A DNA stretch of 64,000 bases from Hyphomicrobiales bacterium (GTDB lineage Bacteria > Pseudomonadota > Alphaproteobacteria > Rhizobiales > NORP267). The translations under genes and the position numbers were made by a program. Below are positions 25,646 through 33,801 of the stretch, piece after piece. Numbering within the stretch: position 1 is the stretch's first letter; each line of letters opens with the position of its first letter. Below the pieces are notes generated by a model. That model ran no database searches. It was given only the letters and a program-made list of their open reading frames with translations, and was not told the DNA's origin. The stretch is from the NCBI GenBank assembly GCA_030688605.1, contig JAUYJB010000051.1, positions 304 to 64,303 on the forward strand, written 5' to 3'.

Positions 25646-28564
25646 ATGATCGGGTGCCGGCGCGAGCGGCCCGCCGGCGCAGCGTCGAAGGGCGATACGG
25701 GGCGAATTCCGTTGCGTTTTTTCGCAAAGATCGTGTTGCTCCTGGCATTGCTCGCGGGAGCGTTGCGCGTCGAGGCGGCGGATCGGGTGGCGCTCGTCAT
25801 CGGCAACAACGCCTACTCGGGAACGGCCGCGCTCGCCAACCCGGTGCGCGACGCCACCGCGCTTGCCGCCACGCTCGAAGAGCTCGGCTTTTCGGTGCTG
25901 CTGGCCACCGACATCGACCGCCGCAAGGCGATCGCGGCCATCGACGAGTTCGGCCGCAGGCTCACCGACCAGGCAACGGCGCTGGTCTTTTACGCCGGCC
26001 ACGCGGTGCAGATCGGCGGCCGCAATTTCCTCCTGCCGACGGACGTTTCGGTCGATAGCGAGCGCGCCCTGCGTTACAGCTCCATCGACATCCAGGAAGT
26101 CGTCGCCGAGATGGAGCGCCGCGCCGGGGTGAGCATCGTCATCCTCGATTCCTGCCGCGACAACCCGTTCCTCGACCAATTGCCGGATCGTGCCGCCAGC
26201 CGTTCGACCCAGGTGCAGCGCGGCCTCGGGCCGATGGAGCTGCGCGGCCGCGGCGCCATCATCGCCTATGCCGCGGCGTCGGGCGCGGTGGCCAGCGACG
26301 GCGACGCCGAGCACAGCCCTTACACGGCGGCGCTGCTCGAGGAGATCGGCGCGCCGGGCGTCGAGGTCGGGCTGATGTTCCGCCGCGTCTCCAAGCGGGT
26401 CATCGATGCAACCCGCGGCCAGCAGCGCCCGGAGCTTCTGGTGCGGCTGGTCGACGAGGTCTATCTCAATCCCGGCGAGGCGATCGCGGAGGCGCATCCC
26501 GCCGCGGCCTTCCCGGCCGTGACCGCGCCTGGCGCGGCCGGGGCCGCCGCGACGACGCCCGCAGAAGGCACGGCGGAGGCGCAAACCGGGCTGGCGACGG
26601 CAAAGGTCGCTGCGGCCGGAAACGGAAAGCCGCGCGGCGGCGCGCGCGCCGACGACCGCTTCTTTGGCCAGAGGGTGATCTTCCACCCCGCTTGGGCCGG
26701 CAGCGTCGCGGTGCCGCAACCGACCGGCTTCCGGCCGGCGCCGTCGCGCGGCATTGGCGAAGCGGCGGCAAACGACTCATACGGGACGGCGCAGCCGGTG
26801 CCGCTCGCCGCCGACGTCACGGCGCGGATCACGCCGCGTGGCGATACCGACTGGTATCGGATCAACGTTCCGGTCGCCGGCGAATTGCACGTTTTCGCGG
26901 AACGATCGCCCGAGCAGATCGACCTGTTCGCGCGGGTCTGGAACGACGACCACATGGTGGTCGCCGATTGGCAGGGCGCCGGACGTCCCGGCGGCGCGCT
27001 CGACGGGCGCTATCCCCTGCCGGGCCCCGGCAATTACTGGATCGAGATGAGCGACGGCCGCAGCGATGCCGAGAGCGCCGATCCCTTCACCTTCAAGGTC
27101 GATTTCGCCGCCGCCGACGACCCCTTCGAGCCCAACAACGCCATCGGGGCGGCGCACCCGGTGCCGGTGCCGTCGAAGTTTTTGGCGACGATCTATCCGC
27201 GCGGCGATACCGACTGGTACCAGGTCTGGGTCGGCGAGCCTGGCCTCCTGTCCGTTCTTGCGGAGAAGGTGCCCGAACAGCTCGACATCGCCATTCGCGT
27301 CTGGAACCTCGACGGCAAGGTGGTCCGCGACTGGGCGGTGCCGGCGCGTCCGGGGGGCGACACCTTGCACGAGACGGAGCTGGCCGAGCCCGGCGTCTAT
27401 ATCATCGAGACCGCGGACAGCCGCAGCGACGCCGCCACCGTGGATCCGTTGCAATTGTCGTTCGATTTTCACCCCGTCCCCGATGTGGCCGAGCCCAATA
27501 ATTCCTTCGGCGCCGCGGCCGCGGTCGAGCCGACGAGCGCCCACAAGATCGCCATCTTCCCGCGCGGCGATACCGACTGGCTGAGCATCGATGTAGACCA
27601 TCCCGGCGAGATGCGCCTGGCGGTCACCAATTCGCCCCAGGATCTCGACATCTATATGCGCGTCTGGACGTTGGAAAAGGACGTGCTGCGCGACTGGTTC
27701 GGTCCGCTGCGCGTGGGCGGCGACGTCGACGACTTCGCCGACCTGCCGGGGCCGGGACGCTATTTCATCGAGATCTCCGACGGCCGCTCCGACGCGGCGA
27801 GCCCGGAGCGGTTCGACCTGGTGCTCGCCTTCACGCCGCAGCCCGACCAGTACGAACCCAATAACAGTGCGGCGGAGGCCGCGGCGCTGTCGCCGGGTGG
27901 CGAAATCCTGTTCAACATCCTGCCGCGCGGCGACACCGACTGGTTCCGCGTCGAGACCGCGTCCGCCGGCGAGCTTGCCGCGGTCATCGACGAGGGGCCG
28001 GACAATCTCGACTTGCACTACCGGGTCTGGAACGCCGATCAGAAGGTGATCCGCGACTGGGTAGCCCCCTACCGCAAGGGTGGCGTCACCGAGGGTTTCG
28101 CCGATCTGCCCTCAGCCGGCGTCTACTTCATCGAGGTCAGCGACGGGCGCAGCGACGAACGTTCGGTCCAGCACGCCACCTTGGCAACCAAATTCATCGC
28201 GACGGACGACCCGCTGGAGCCGAACGACAGTTTCGGCGCCGCAAAGCCGCTCGAGCTCGGCACCCCGCATGACGCCCACATCCTGCCGCAAGGCGACACC
28301 GACTGGTACCTGCTGGAAGCGCCGCGCAGCGGCGAGTTCACCGTCATCGTCGACGAGGTCGACCCCGCCCTCGATATCTGGGTCAGGCTGTGGAATGCCG
28401 AGGCGCAGGTGATCCGCGACTGGGTCGGCCCGCCGCGGCCCGGCGGCGTCACGGAAGCGGCCATCGCCGTTCCGGGCGCCGGCACATACCGGCTGGAAGT
28501 CAGCGACGGCAGAAGCGATTCCCGCTCGCCGAAGCCGTTCCGGATCCTGGTCGATTTTCGCTAG
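25646..28564 (+). CDS. secreted caspase-family (peptidase C14) protein with five tandem PPC-like C-terminal repeats
   Basis: Signal peptide (FFAKIVLLLALLAGALRVEAA). Caspase domain RVALVIGNNAY...FYAGHAVQ (His)...ILDSCRDNPF (Cys). An Ala/Pro linker precedes five ~118-aa repeats, each with EPN(N/D)...P(R/Q)GDTDW(Y/F/L)...RVWN...RDW...PGG...SDGRSD. The ATG at 25646 is preferred over 25562. Confidence 0.85.
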   Translation: MIGCRRERPAGAASKGDTGRIPLRFFAKIVLLLALLAGALRVEAADRVALVIGNNAYSGTAALANPVRDATALAATLEELGFSVLLATDIDRRKAIAAIDEFGRRLTDQATALVFYAGHAVQIGGRNFLLPTDVSVDSERALRYSSIDIQEVVAEMERRAGVSIVILDSCRDNPFLDQLPDRAASRSTQVQRGLGPMELRGRGAIIAYAAASGAVASDGDAEHSPYTAALLEEIGAPGVEVGLMFRRVSKRVIDATRGQQRPELLVRLVDEVYLNPGEAIAEAHPAAAFPAVTAPGAAGAAATTPAEGTAEAQTGLATAKVAAAGNGKPRGGARADDRFFGQRVIFHPAWAGSVAVPQPTGFRPAPSRGIGEAAANDSYGTAQPVPLAADVTARITPRGDTDWYRINVPVAGELHVFAERSPEQIDLFARVWNDDHMVVADWQGAGRPGGALDGRYPLPGPGNYWIEMSDGRSDAESADPFTFKVDFAAADDPFEPNNAIGAAHPVPVPSKFLATIYPRGDTDWYQVWVGEPGLLSVLAEKVPEQLDIAIRVWNLDGKVVRDWAVPARPGGDTLHETELAEPGVYIIETADSRSDAATVDPLQLSFDFHPVPDVAEPNNSFGAAAAVEPTSAHKIAIFPRGDTDWLSIDVDHPGEMRLAVTNSPQDLDIYMRVWTLEKDVLRDWFGPLRVGGDVDDFADLPGPGRYFIEISDGRSDAASPERFDLVLAFTPQPDQYEPNNSAAEAAALSPGGEILFNILPRGDTDWFRVETASAGELAAVIDEGPDNLDLHYRVWNADQKVIRDWVAPYRKGGVTEGFADLPSAGVYFIEVSDGRSDERSVQHATLATKFIATDDPLEPNDSFGAAKPLELGTPHDAHILPQGDTDWYLLEAPRSGEFTVIVDEVDPALDIWVRLWNAEAQVIRDWVGPPRPGGVTEAAIAVPGAGTYRLEVSDGRSDSRSPKPFRILVDFR

Positions 28565-28576
28565 CGCACGCGCCTG

Positions 28577-30385
28577 CTACCGGCCGACGATCCTTGCCAG
28601 CATCCCGCGGATCGCCCGCCATTCCTGAACCGCCTCGGCGCTGTTCGGCCGGCCGGCGAGCTCGGCCAGCGCGCGGTCGACCGTGCTGAACGCCGCTTCC
28701 CCCTTGGCGCGGGCGAGCGTCAGCGCCGACATCGCCACCGGGCCGTTGCACCGCACTGCGTCGAACACCCAATAGCGGCCGCGCGGGGCGGCCAGCGGCT
28801 GCAAACCGCAGCGTCCTTCGGGTGCTGCGTCCTTCCAGAACAGCCACAGAATGTCGGTCAGCGCCGAGGTATCGTTGGCGAAATAGCTGTGGCCGAGCAT
28901 GTCCTCGCCGAGCGCCGACATGTCGATGGAGTCGATCTCATCGGCGATCAGGATCTTCTCTCCCGCCTCGCCGGCGCGCGGCGCGTCGCCATGCAGCTCC
29001 CGCGAGGCGGCGAGCGCCCAGTCCTGGTCCGAGGTGTAGAGCGTGAGCCGGCGGGCCAGCGGCCGCACCGAGCGGATCATTTCCGCGAACAGGCCGGCAT
29101 CCTCGTCGGGCGCGGTGAAGATGATCTGCTCGAACATCGGGGACACGCCGTCCGCCATGCCGCGGCGTTCCGCGGCGATCAGCTCCAGCGCGTCGATCAG
29201 CGCCCGGTTGCCCATCGAATGGGCGATGAGGTGGACCCGTTTGGCGCCGGACCGGGCGACGACATCCTCCAGAAAGCCGCGCAGGCGCCGGCCGCTGAGC
29301 CGCACGACCGCCTCGTCGGAGAGATAGAACAAGAGGTTTGCCCGCGACGGCCAGGAATAGAGGATCGGCGCGCCCTCGAAGTTCAGATCATAGGCGATCT
29401 GGGCTGTGCGCTTGGCGGCGTCGGCAAAGGAGACATTGTAGCCGTGGATGAAAACGAAGGCCTCCTCGGCGCCGCGTCCGCCAAGGGTCCGGGCCATGTC
29501 GGCGAACAGCTCGTCGCCGCTCATGGTCTCGAGCCTCATGATGACGATGTGGCGCTCCGGGTTCTCCCGCCATTCCAGCTTGGTGAGCGACGGGGCCTCG
29601 AGGGCACCGGGCTTGTGGATGCGCGGCACGGTGACGTCCAGCGTGCCGAAGTCGAGGTCGCCCCGCGCGCCGCCATAGAAATCGTTGGGCCGGTCGCTGC
29701 CGGTGCGCGCCCGGTCGGTGGCATAGAAAACCTTGACCCGGGTGAAGCTATCGCGGTCAGCGGCGGCGAATTCGCTGGTGACGACGATGCCGCGCGTGCC
29801 CGATGCGGCGCCGGGCTCGGCGCAGCGCAGGCCAGCGTCTTCTGAAAGCCTGCGGTGGCGGCTGGCCTTTTCGGTTTCGTTCAGCGCGCCATAGGCCCGC
29901 GCCAGCCGCTCGTGGAGGCGCGCCGTCGCGTTTCCGGCGCAGTCGCCGTAAAGCATGTCGATGCGCAGCGCTTCTTCGAAAAAATGGATCGCCTTGCGGG
30001 CGTCTCCGGCCCGCGCATAGGCATCGCCCGCCGACTCGTAGATTTTGAACAGGCGCGGGTCGGCGGCGCCGTTGAGCCGCGCTGTCAGCTCCGCCTCATA
30101 GGCGAAGGCCTCGCCGGCGTCGGCGAACTTGCCGGCGGAAAGATAGAGCGGCGCCAGCTCTCCCAGCAGGGCAAGGCGCACTTCCGCGCGGGCGCCTTGA
30201 TCCTTGACCGCCGCTTCGAGCAGCACGATGGCGTTCCCGGTCGCGCCGCGCGTGATTTCCGCCCGCACCCGCGACATCAGCAGAATGTCGGCGGCGGCCG
30301 CGCGCGCCGACATGCAGCCCAGCACCAGGAACAGGATGGCAAGGGCGACTGCGGCAAAGGCTGCAGCGAATGTGCGCTCGGGCAC
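28577..30385 (-). CDS. secreted TPR-repeat / DUF900-type alpha/beta hydrolase fusion protein
   Basis: N-terminal signal/TM (AAFAAVALAILFLVLGCMSARAAAA) and TPR-like helices. The core is VKVFYATDR...FVFIHGYNVSFADAAKRTAQIAYDL...ILYSWPS...HLIAHSMGNRAL (nucleophile elbow), typical of DUF900 hydrolases. Confidence 0.8.
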   Translation of the reverse strand: MPERTFAAAFAAVALAILFLVLGCMSARAAAADILLMSRVRAEITRGATGNAIVLLEAAVKDQGARAEVRLALLGELAPLYLSAGKFADAGEAFAYEAELTARLNGAADPRLFKIYESAGDAYARAGDARKAIHFFEEALRIDMLYGDCAGNATARLHERLARAYGALNETEKASRHRRLSEDAGLRCAEPGAASGTRGIVVTSEFAAADRDSFTRVKVFYATDRARTGSDRPNDFYGGARGDLDFGTLDVTVPRIHKPGALEAPSLTKLEWRENPERHIVIMRLETMSGDELFADMARTLGGRGAEEAFVFIHGYNVSFADAAKRTAQIAYDLNFEGAPILYSWPSRANLLFYLSDEAVVRLSGRRLRGFLEDVVARSGAKRVHLIAHSMGNRALIDALELIAAERRGMADGVSPMFEQIIFTAPDEDAGLFAEMIRSVRPLARRLTLYTSDQDWALAASRELHGDAPRAGEAGEKILIADEIDSIDMSALGEDMLGHSYFANDTSALTDILWLFWKDAAPEGRCGLQPLAAPRGRYWVFDAVRCNGPVAMSALTLARAKGEAAFSTVDRALAELAGRPNSAEAVQEWRAIRGMLARIVGR

Positions 30386-30480
30386 GTTGCGCTCCTCCGG
30401 TTCGACCGACTAAGAGGTTACTAGACGATTGCACCCCCTGTCACGCGGGCAGGAAGCTGCTTTGAACGGAAGCTGGACTC

Positions 30481-31341
30481 ATGCGCCTTTGCCGCTTCGA
30501 CGACAACCGCCTCGGGCTCTTTCTGGGCGAGGACATCCGCAACGTTACGCCCGCGCTCGACGTCCTTCCCGCGGTGCGCTGGCCGCTGCCGCGCGGCGAT
30601 CTGATGATCGCCAATCTGGGCGCGCTGCGGAAACGGATCGCGGAGCTGGTGGCGAACGCGCGCAGCGTTGAGCCTGAGGCCGTGAAACTGCTCAGCCCCG
30701 TCGCCAATCCCGGAAAGATCATCGCCGCGCCGGTCAACTATCAAGCGCATCTCGACGAGGCGCGGGCCGACGCGGGCATCAATTTCGGACAGCCGGTCAA
30801 GACCATCGACGATTATGGCCTGTTCCTGAAAGCGTCGAGCTCGCTTGTCGGCTGCGACGAGGGCGTCGTCGTGGGGCACGGCGAGCGGCGCATCGACCAT
30901 GAAGTCGAGCTTGCCGTCGTCATCGGGCCCGGCGGGCGCGATATCGCGGAGGAAGACGCGCTGTCCCACGTCGCCGGCTACACGATCGGCCTCGACATGT
31001 CGGTGCGCGGCACCGAGGACCGCTCCTATCGCAAGTCGCTGGACACCTTCACGGTGCTCGGGCCGCATCTCGTCACCGCGGACGAGATCGACGATCCGGG
31101 CGCGCTCGATTTGGGGCTTTCCGTCAATGGCGAGGTGCGGCAGGCCTCCAACACGAGCCATCTCATCTACACGATCCCGAAGCTCATCGCCTATGCGTCC
31201 GCCGCCTACACGCTCGATCCCGGCGACGTGATCCTGACCGGAACGCCGGCGGGCGTCGGCCCGGTCCGTCCCGGCGACGTGCTGTCGGCCTGGGTCGAGG
31301 GCATCGGCCGGATGGACATCGCGGTTCGAGGAACGCCTTGA
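30481..31341 (+). CDS. fumarylacetoacetate hydrolase (FAH) family protein
   Basis: KIIAAPVNYQAHLDE...FLKASSSLVG...IDHEVELAVVIG...GYTIGLDMSVR...LTGTPAGVGPVRPGD is the canonical FAH fold signature. Confidence 0.9.
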   Translation: MRLCRFDDNRLGLFLGEDIRNVTPALDVLPAVRWPLPRGDLMIANLGALRKRIAELVANARSVEPEAVKLLSPVANPGKIIAAPVNYQAHLDEARADAGINFGQPVKTIDDYGLFLKASSSLVGCDEGVVVGHGERRIDHEVELAVVIGPGGRDIAEEDALSHVAGYTIGLDMSVRGTEDRSYRKSLDTFTVLGPHLVTADEIDDPGALDLGLSVNGEVRQASNTSHLIYTIPKLIAYASAAYTLDPGDVILTGTPAGVGPVRPGDVLSAWVEGIGRMDIAVRGTP

Positions 31342-31398
31342 AGTGGGACGCGACTGGGTTGATCGGATGGATGCATAGAGCTGCGGCATGCCTAATCT

Positions 31399-31590
31399 CC
31401 TTCTCCCCCCTTGCGGGGGAGAAGGCAAAATCAAGGCGTTAGCCGAGCCGTAGCGAGGCTAACCCTTGAATTTTGCAAGAGGGGGGTGGTCGGCACCCCC
31501 CCTTCTGAGAAATCTAACGCTTGGCACCGCCTGCGCGCCGCCAAGTCGTTGATTTCTCTTCCTCCGCCACCAAGGGGGAGGAGGTATGAT
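31399..31590. repeat. cluster of REP-like palindromic units (intergenic mosaic)
   Basis: CCTTCTCCCCC (31399-31409) pairs with GGGGGAGAAGG (31415-31425), and GTTAGCC...GGCTAAC lies at about 31438-31463. The G-rich and C-rich tracts GAGGGGGGTGgtcggCACCCCCCCTTCT and TTCCTCCgccaccaaGGGGGAGGAGG follow. The style is that of rhizobial intergenic repeat elements. Confidence 0.5.
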
Positions 31591-31592
31591 TT

Positions 31593-31674
31593 GGGCGTCG
31601 GCCCGGTGCGCCCGGGCGACACCCTGTCCGCCTGGGTCGAGGGCATCGGCCGCATGGACGTCGCGGTGCGTTAA
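31593..31674 (+). pseudogene. relic 3' end of an FAH-family gene (second, diverged copy of 31251-31332)
   Basis: Encodes GVGPVRPGDTLSAWVEGIGRMDVAVR*, versus GVGPVRPGDVLSAWVEGIGRMDIAVRGTP* at the end of the intact gene. By my hand count 68 of 80 aligned nucleotides are identical, and most differences are at synonymous positions. Confidence 0.6.
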
Positions 31675-31714
31675 CAGAAAGAATCCGACGGATGGTACCG
31701 ACAGGAGCCGCCTG

Positions 31715-32246
31715 ATGACCTTCGACTACCGCAAATTCTACGATCTCGAAAAATACCTGCTCGCCGAGGTCGGCCCCCGCTTTAGAGAGACCAGGGTCAT
31801 CTGCCCAATCGATTTCTACCTGATTATTATCTGGAAGGCTAACCGGGCCAAAACGCGGATCCGTGACCGGCTGAATAAGCAGCCGGGTGGCTTTGCTGAA
31901 GCTGTCGAAGGTATAGCCGCATCTCTGCACACAAGCGCCTGCCCGATGGGCAGGCTCGAAGTACTGATGAAGAAGTGGGGGGTTCCTCCTTCCCATGGCT
32001 TCCGCCATTCTGACAGTGTTCTATCCTGACGATTTTGGCGTCTATGACGTTCGCGTTTGCGAGCAACTGGGAGCGTTCAAGGAACTTGCTGGCAGGCAAT
32101 TTTCAGACGGTCTTTGGAAAGATTATCAGAGATTTCTGAATACCGTAAAAGCCACTGCACCCGGAGGATTCAACCTGCGCGACAAGGATCGCTACCTTTG
32201 GGGGCGTTCGTTCTATGAAGCCACAATGAGGGATCTCGGGGGCTGA
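31715..32246 (+). pseudogene. frameshifted hypothetical gene (visibly lower G+C); two track ORFs are halves of one gene
   Basis: The ORF from ATG 31715 (MTFDYRKFYDLEKYLL...LMKKWG) and ORF 31995-32246 (MASAILTVFYPDDFGVYDVRV...) are in adjacent frames. Deleting one G from the G6 run at 31977-31982 fuses them as ...KKWGFLLPMASAILTVFY..., a 176-aa product. Confidence 0.6.
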
Positions 32247-32315
32247 GAAACGCCACTGCCGCCGGAAGCCCACGATGCGAAATCCATCGGCGGCCACTCG
32301 GTCTGGACTTGACCG

Positions 32316-33758
32316 CTAGATCCGCCCGTAAATGTCCTCGTAGCGGACGATGTCGTCCTCGCCCAGATAATCGCCGAATTGCACCTCGACGATCTCGGCC
32401 GGCTCGTCGGTGAGGTTCTCGATCCGGTGCCGGGCACCGAGCGGGATGAAGATATGCTCGTTTGCCCCAAGCTCGCGTGCGATCTCGCCGCAGGTGACGC
32501 GCGGTCTGCCGCGCACCACGACCCAATGCTCCGCGCGATGCTGGTGGCTCTGCACGGACAGGCGTCCGCCGGGCTTGACGAGGATGCGCTTGATCTGGAA
32601 GCCGGGACCGGCGGCGACATTGGTGAAGCTGCCCCAGGGGCGGAGTACCGTCGTGCCGGCGCGGGCCTCGGGACGGCCTGAGCGATTGAGCGCGGCTACC
32701 AGCTCGCTCACCTCCTGTGCCCGCCCGCGCCCTGCCACCAGCACGGCGTCGTCGACCGCGATGACGGCGAGGTCCTCGATCCCGAGGGTCGCGACCAGCC
32801 GGTCCTCGGCCCAGATCACTGATTTCCTCGTGTCGACCGCAATGACCTCGCCATGGATGGCATTACCGCCTTCGTCGTGCGGCATGATCTCGCCGATGGC
32901 CGCCCACGAGCCGAGATCGCTCCAGCCGATCGCCGCCCGGGCGACAAGGCCGCGGCTCGTATGCTCAATGACCGCGCGGTCGAGGGAGATGGCTTCGAGC
33001 GCGGCTAAGGCGCGCGGCTCCAGGGTCCAGAACGGCGCGGCGACGGTTGCCTCGCCATAGGCCGCCCGGCAGCCTGCGACGATGTCGGGCTTGAGGCGTT
33101 CGGCCTCGGCGAGAAGCGTTTCGGGAGAAAACAGGAAAATGCCGGCGTTCCAGACGAAGTCGCCCGCTTCGACAAACTCGCGGGCGGCGTTCTCGTCGGG
33201 CTTTTCGATGAACCGGCCGACGCGAAACACACTTCCCCCGCCATCGGTGTCCGGAATCGGCGCGCCGCAGCGCACATAGCCATAGCCGGTCTCGGGACGC
33301 TCAGGCGTCATGCCGAGAAGGCCGATCCCGCCCTCGGAGACGACCGAAGCGGCCAATCCGGCGACTGCGGCGCGAAAGCCCTCGGCATCGGCGATGTGGG
33401 CATCGGACGGCAGCAGAAGCACCAGCGCGCCGGGTGCCGCCTTCTGCGCATGCAGGGCGGCGGTCACGGCAACCGCCATGGTGTTGCGGCCGACGGGCTC
33501 CAAGAGATAGGCACTGGGCTCGACGCCGACGCCGGCGGCCTGATCGGCGACGATGAATTTCTGCGCCGTGTTGCACGCCAGGACCGGCGCCAGGAAGCCA
33601 TCCGAACGGACGCGCAGCAGGGTCTGCTGAAGCAGGGTTCGATCCGCCGACAGGGCGCAGAACTGTTTGGGAAGGTCTTGCCGCGAGACCGGCCACAGGC
33701 GCGTGCCGGAGCCCCCGCACATGATCACCGGCTGAACCGGTTGAGAAAACTCGGCCAT
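32316..33758 (-). CDS. manC: mannose-1-phosphate guanylyltransferase / mannose-6-phosphate isomerase (bifunctional)
   Basis: N-terminal VIMCGGSGTRLWPVSRQDLPKQF nucleotidyltransferase motif. C-terminal cupin RPWGSF...KRILVKPGGRLSVQSHQHRAEHWVVV...IPLGARHRIEN...EVQFGDYLGEDDIVR. Confidence 0.9.
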   Translation of the reverse strand: MAEFSQPVQPVIMCGGSGTRLWPVSRQDLPKQFCALSADRTLLQQTLLRVRSDGFLAPVLACNTAQKFIVADQAAGVGVEPSAYLLEPVGRNTMAVAVTAALHAQKAAPGALVLLLPSDAHIADAEGFRAAVAGLAASVVSEGGIGLLGMTPERPETGYGYVRCGAPIPDTDGGGSVFRVGRFIEKPDENAAREFVEAGDFVWNAGIFLFSPETLLAEAERLKPDIVAGCRAAYGEATVAAPFWTLEPRALAALEAISLDRAVIEHTSRGLVARAAIGWSDLGSWAAIGEIMPHDEGGNAIHGEVIAVDTRKSVIWAEDRLVATLGIEDLAVIAVDDAVLVAGRGRAQEVSELVAALNRSGRPEARAGTTVLRPWGSFTNVAAGPGFQIKRILVKPGGRLSVQSHQHRAEHWVVVRGRPRVTCGEIARELGANEHIFIPLGARHRIENLTDEPAEIVEVQFGDYLGEDDIVRYEDIYGRI

Positions 33759-33801
33759 CCCCGCCTCGAATTCCGGTCAATGCTGCCTTGCGATTAGAGC
33801 A

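Noticed and set aside
26800-28320. Four RGD tripeptides (PRGDTDW) in the caspase repeats as possible integrin-binding motifs
   Set aside because: The RGD is embedded in the conserved D-x-D-W-Y core of each PPC-like repeat, and the fifth repeat has QGD. It is most simply a structural or calcium-binding motif rather than an adhesion signal.
31522-31536. Sigma-54-like sequence TGGCACcgcctGCGC inside the REP-like mosaic
   Set aside because: The spacing is correct, but the -12 element is GCGC instead of TTGC/TGC. It also lies inside repeat DNA with no nearby activator site, so it is most likely a chance match.
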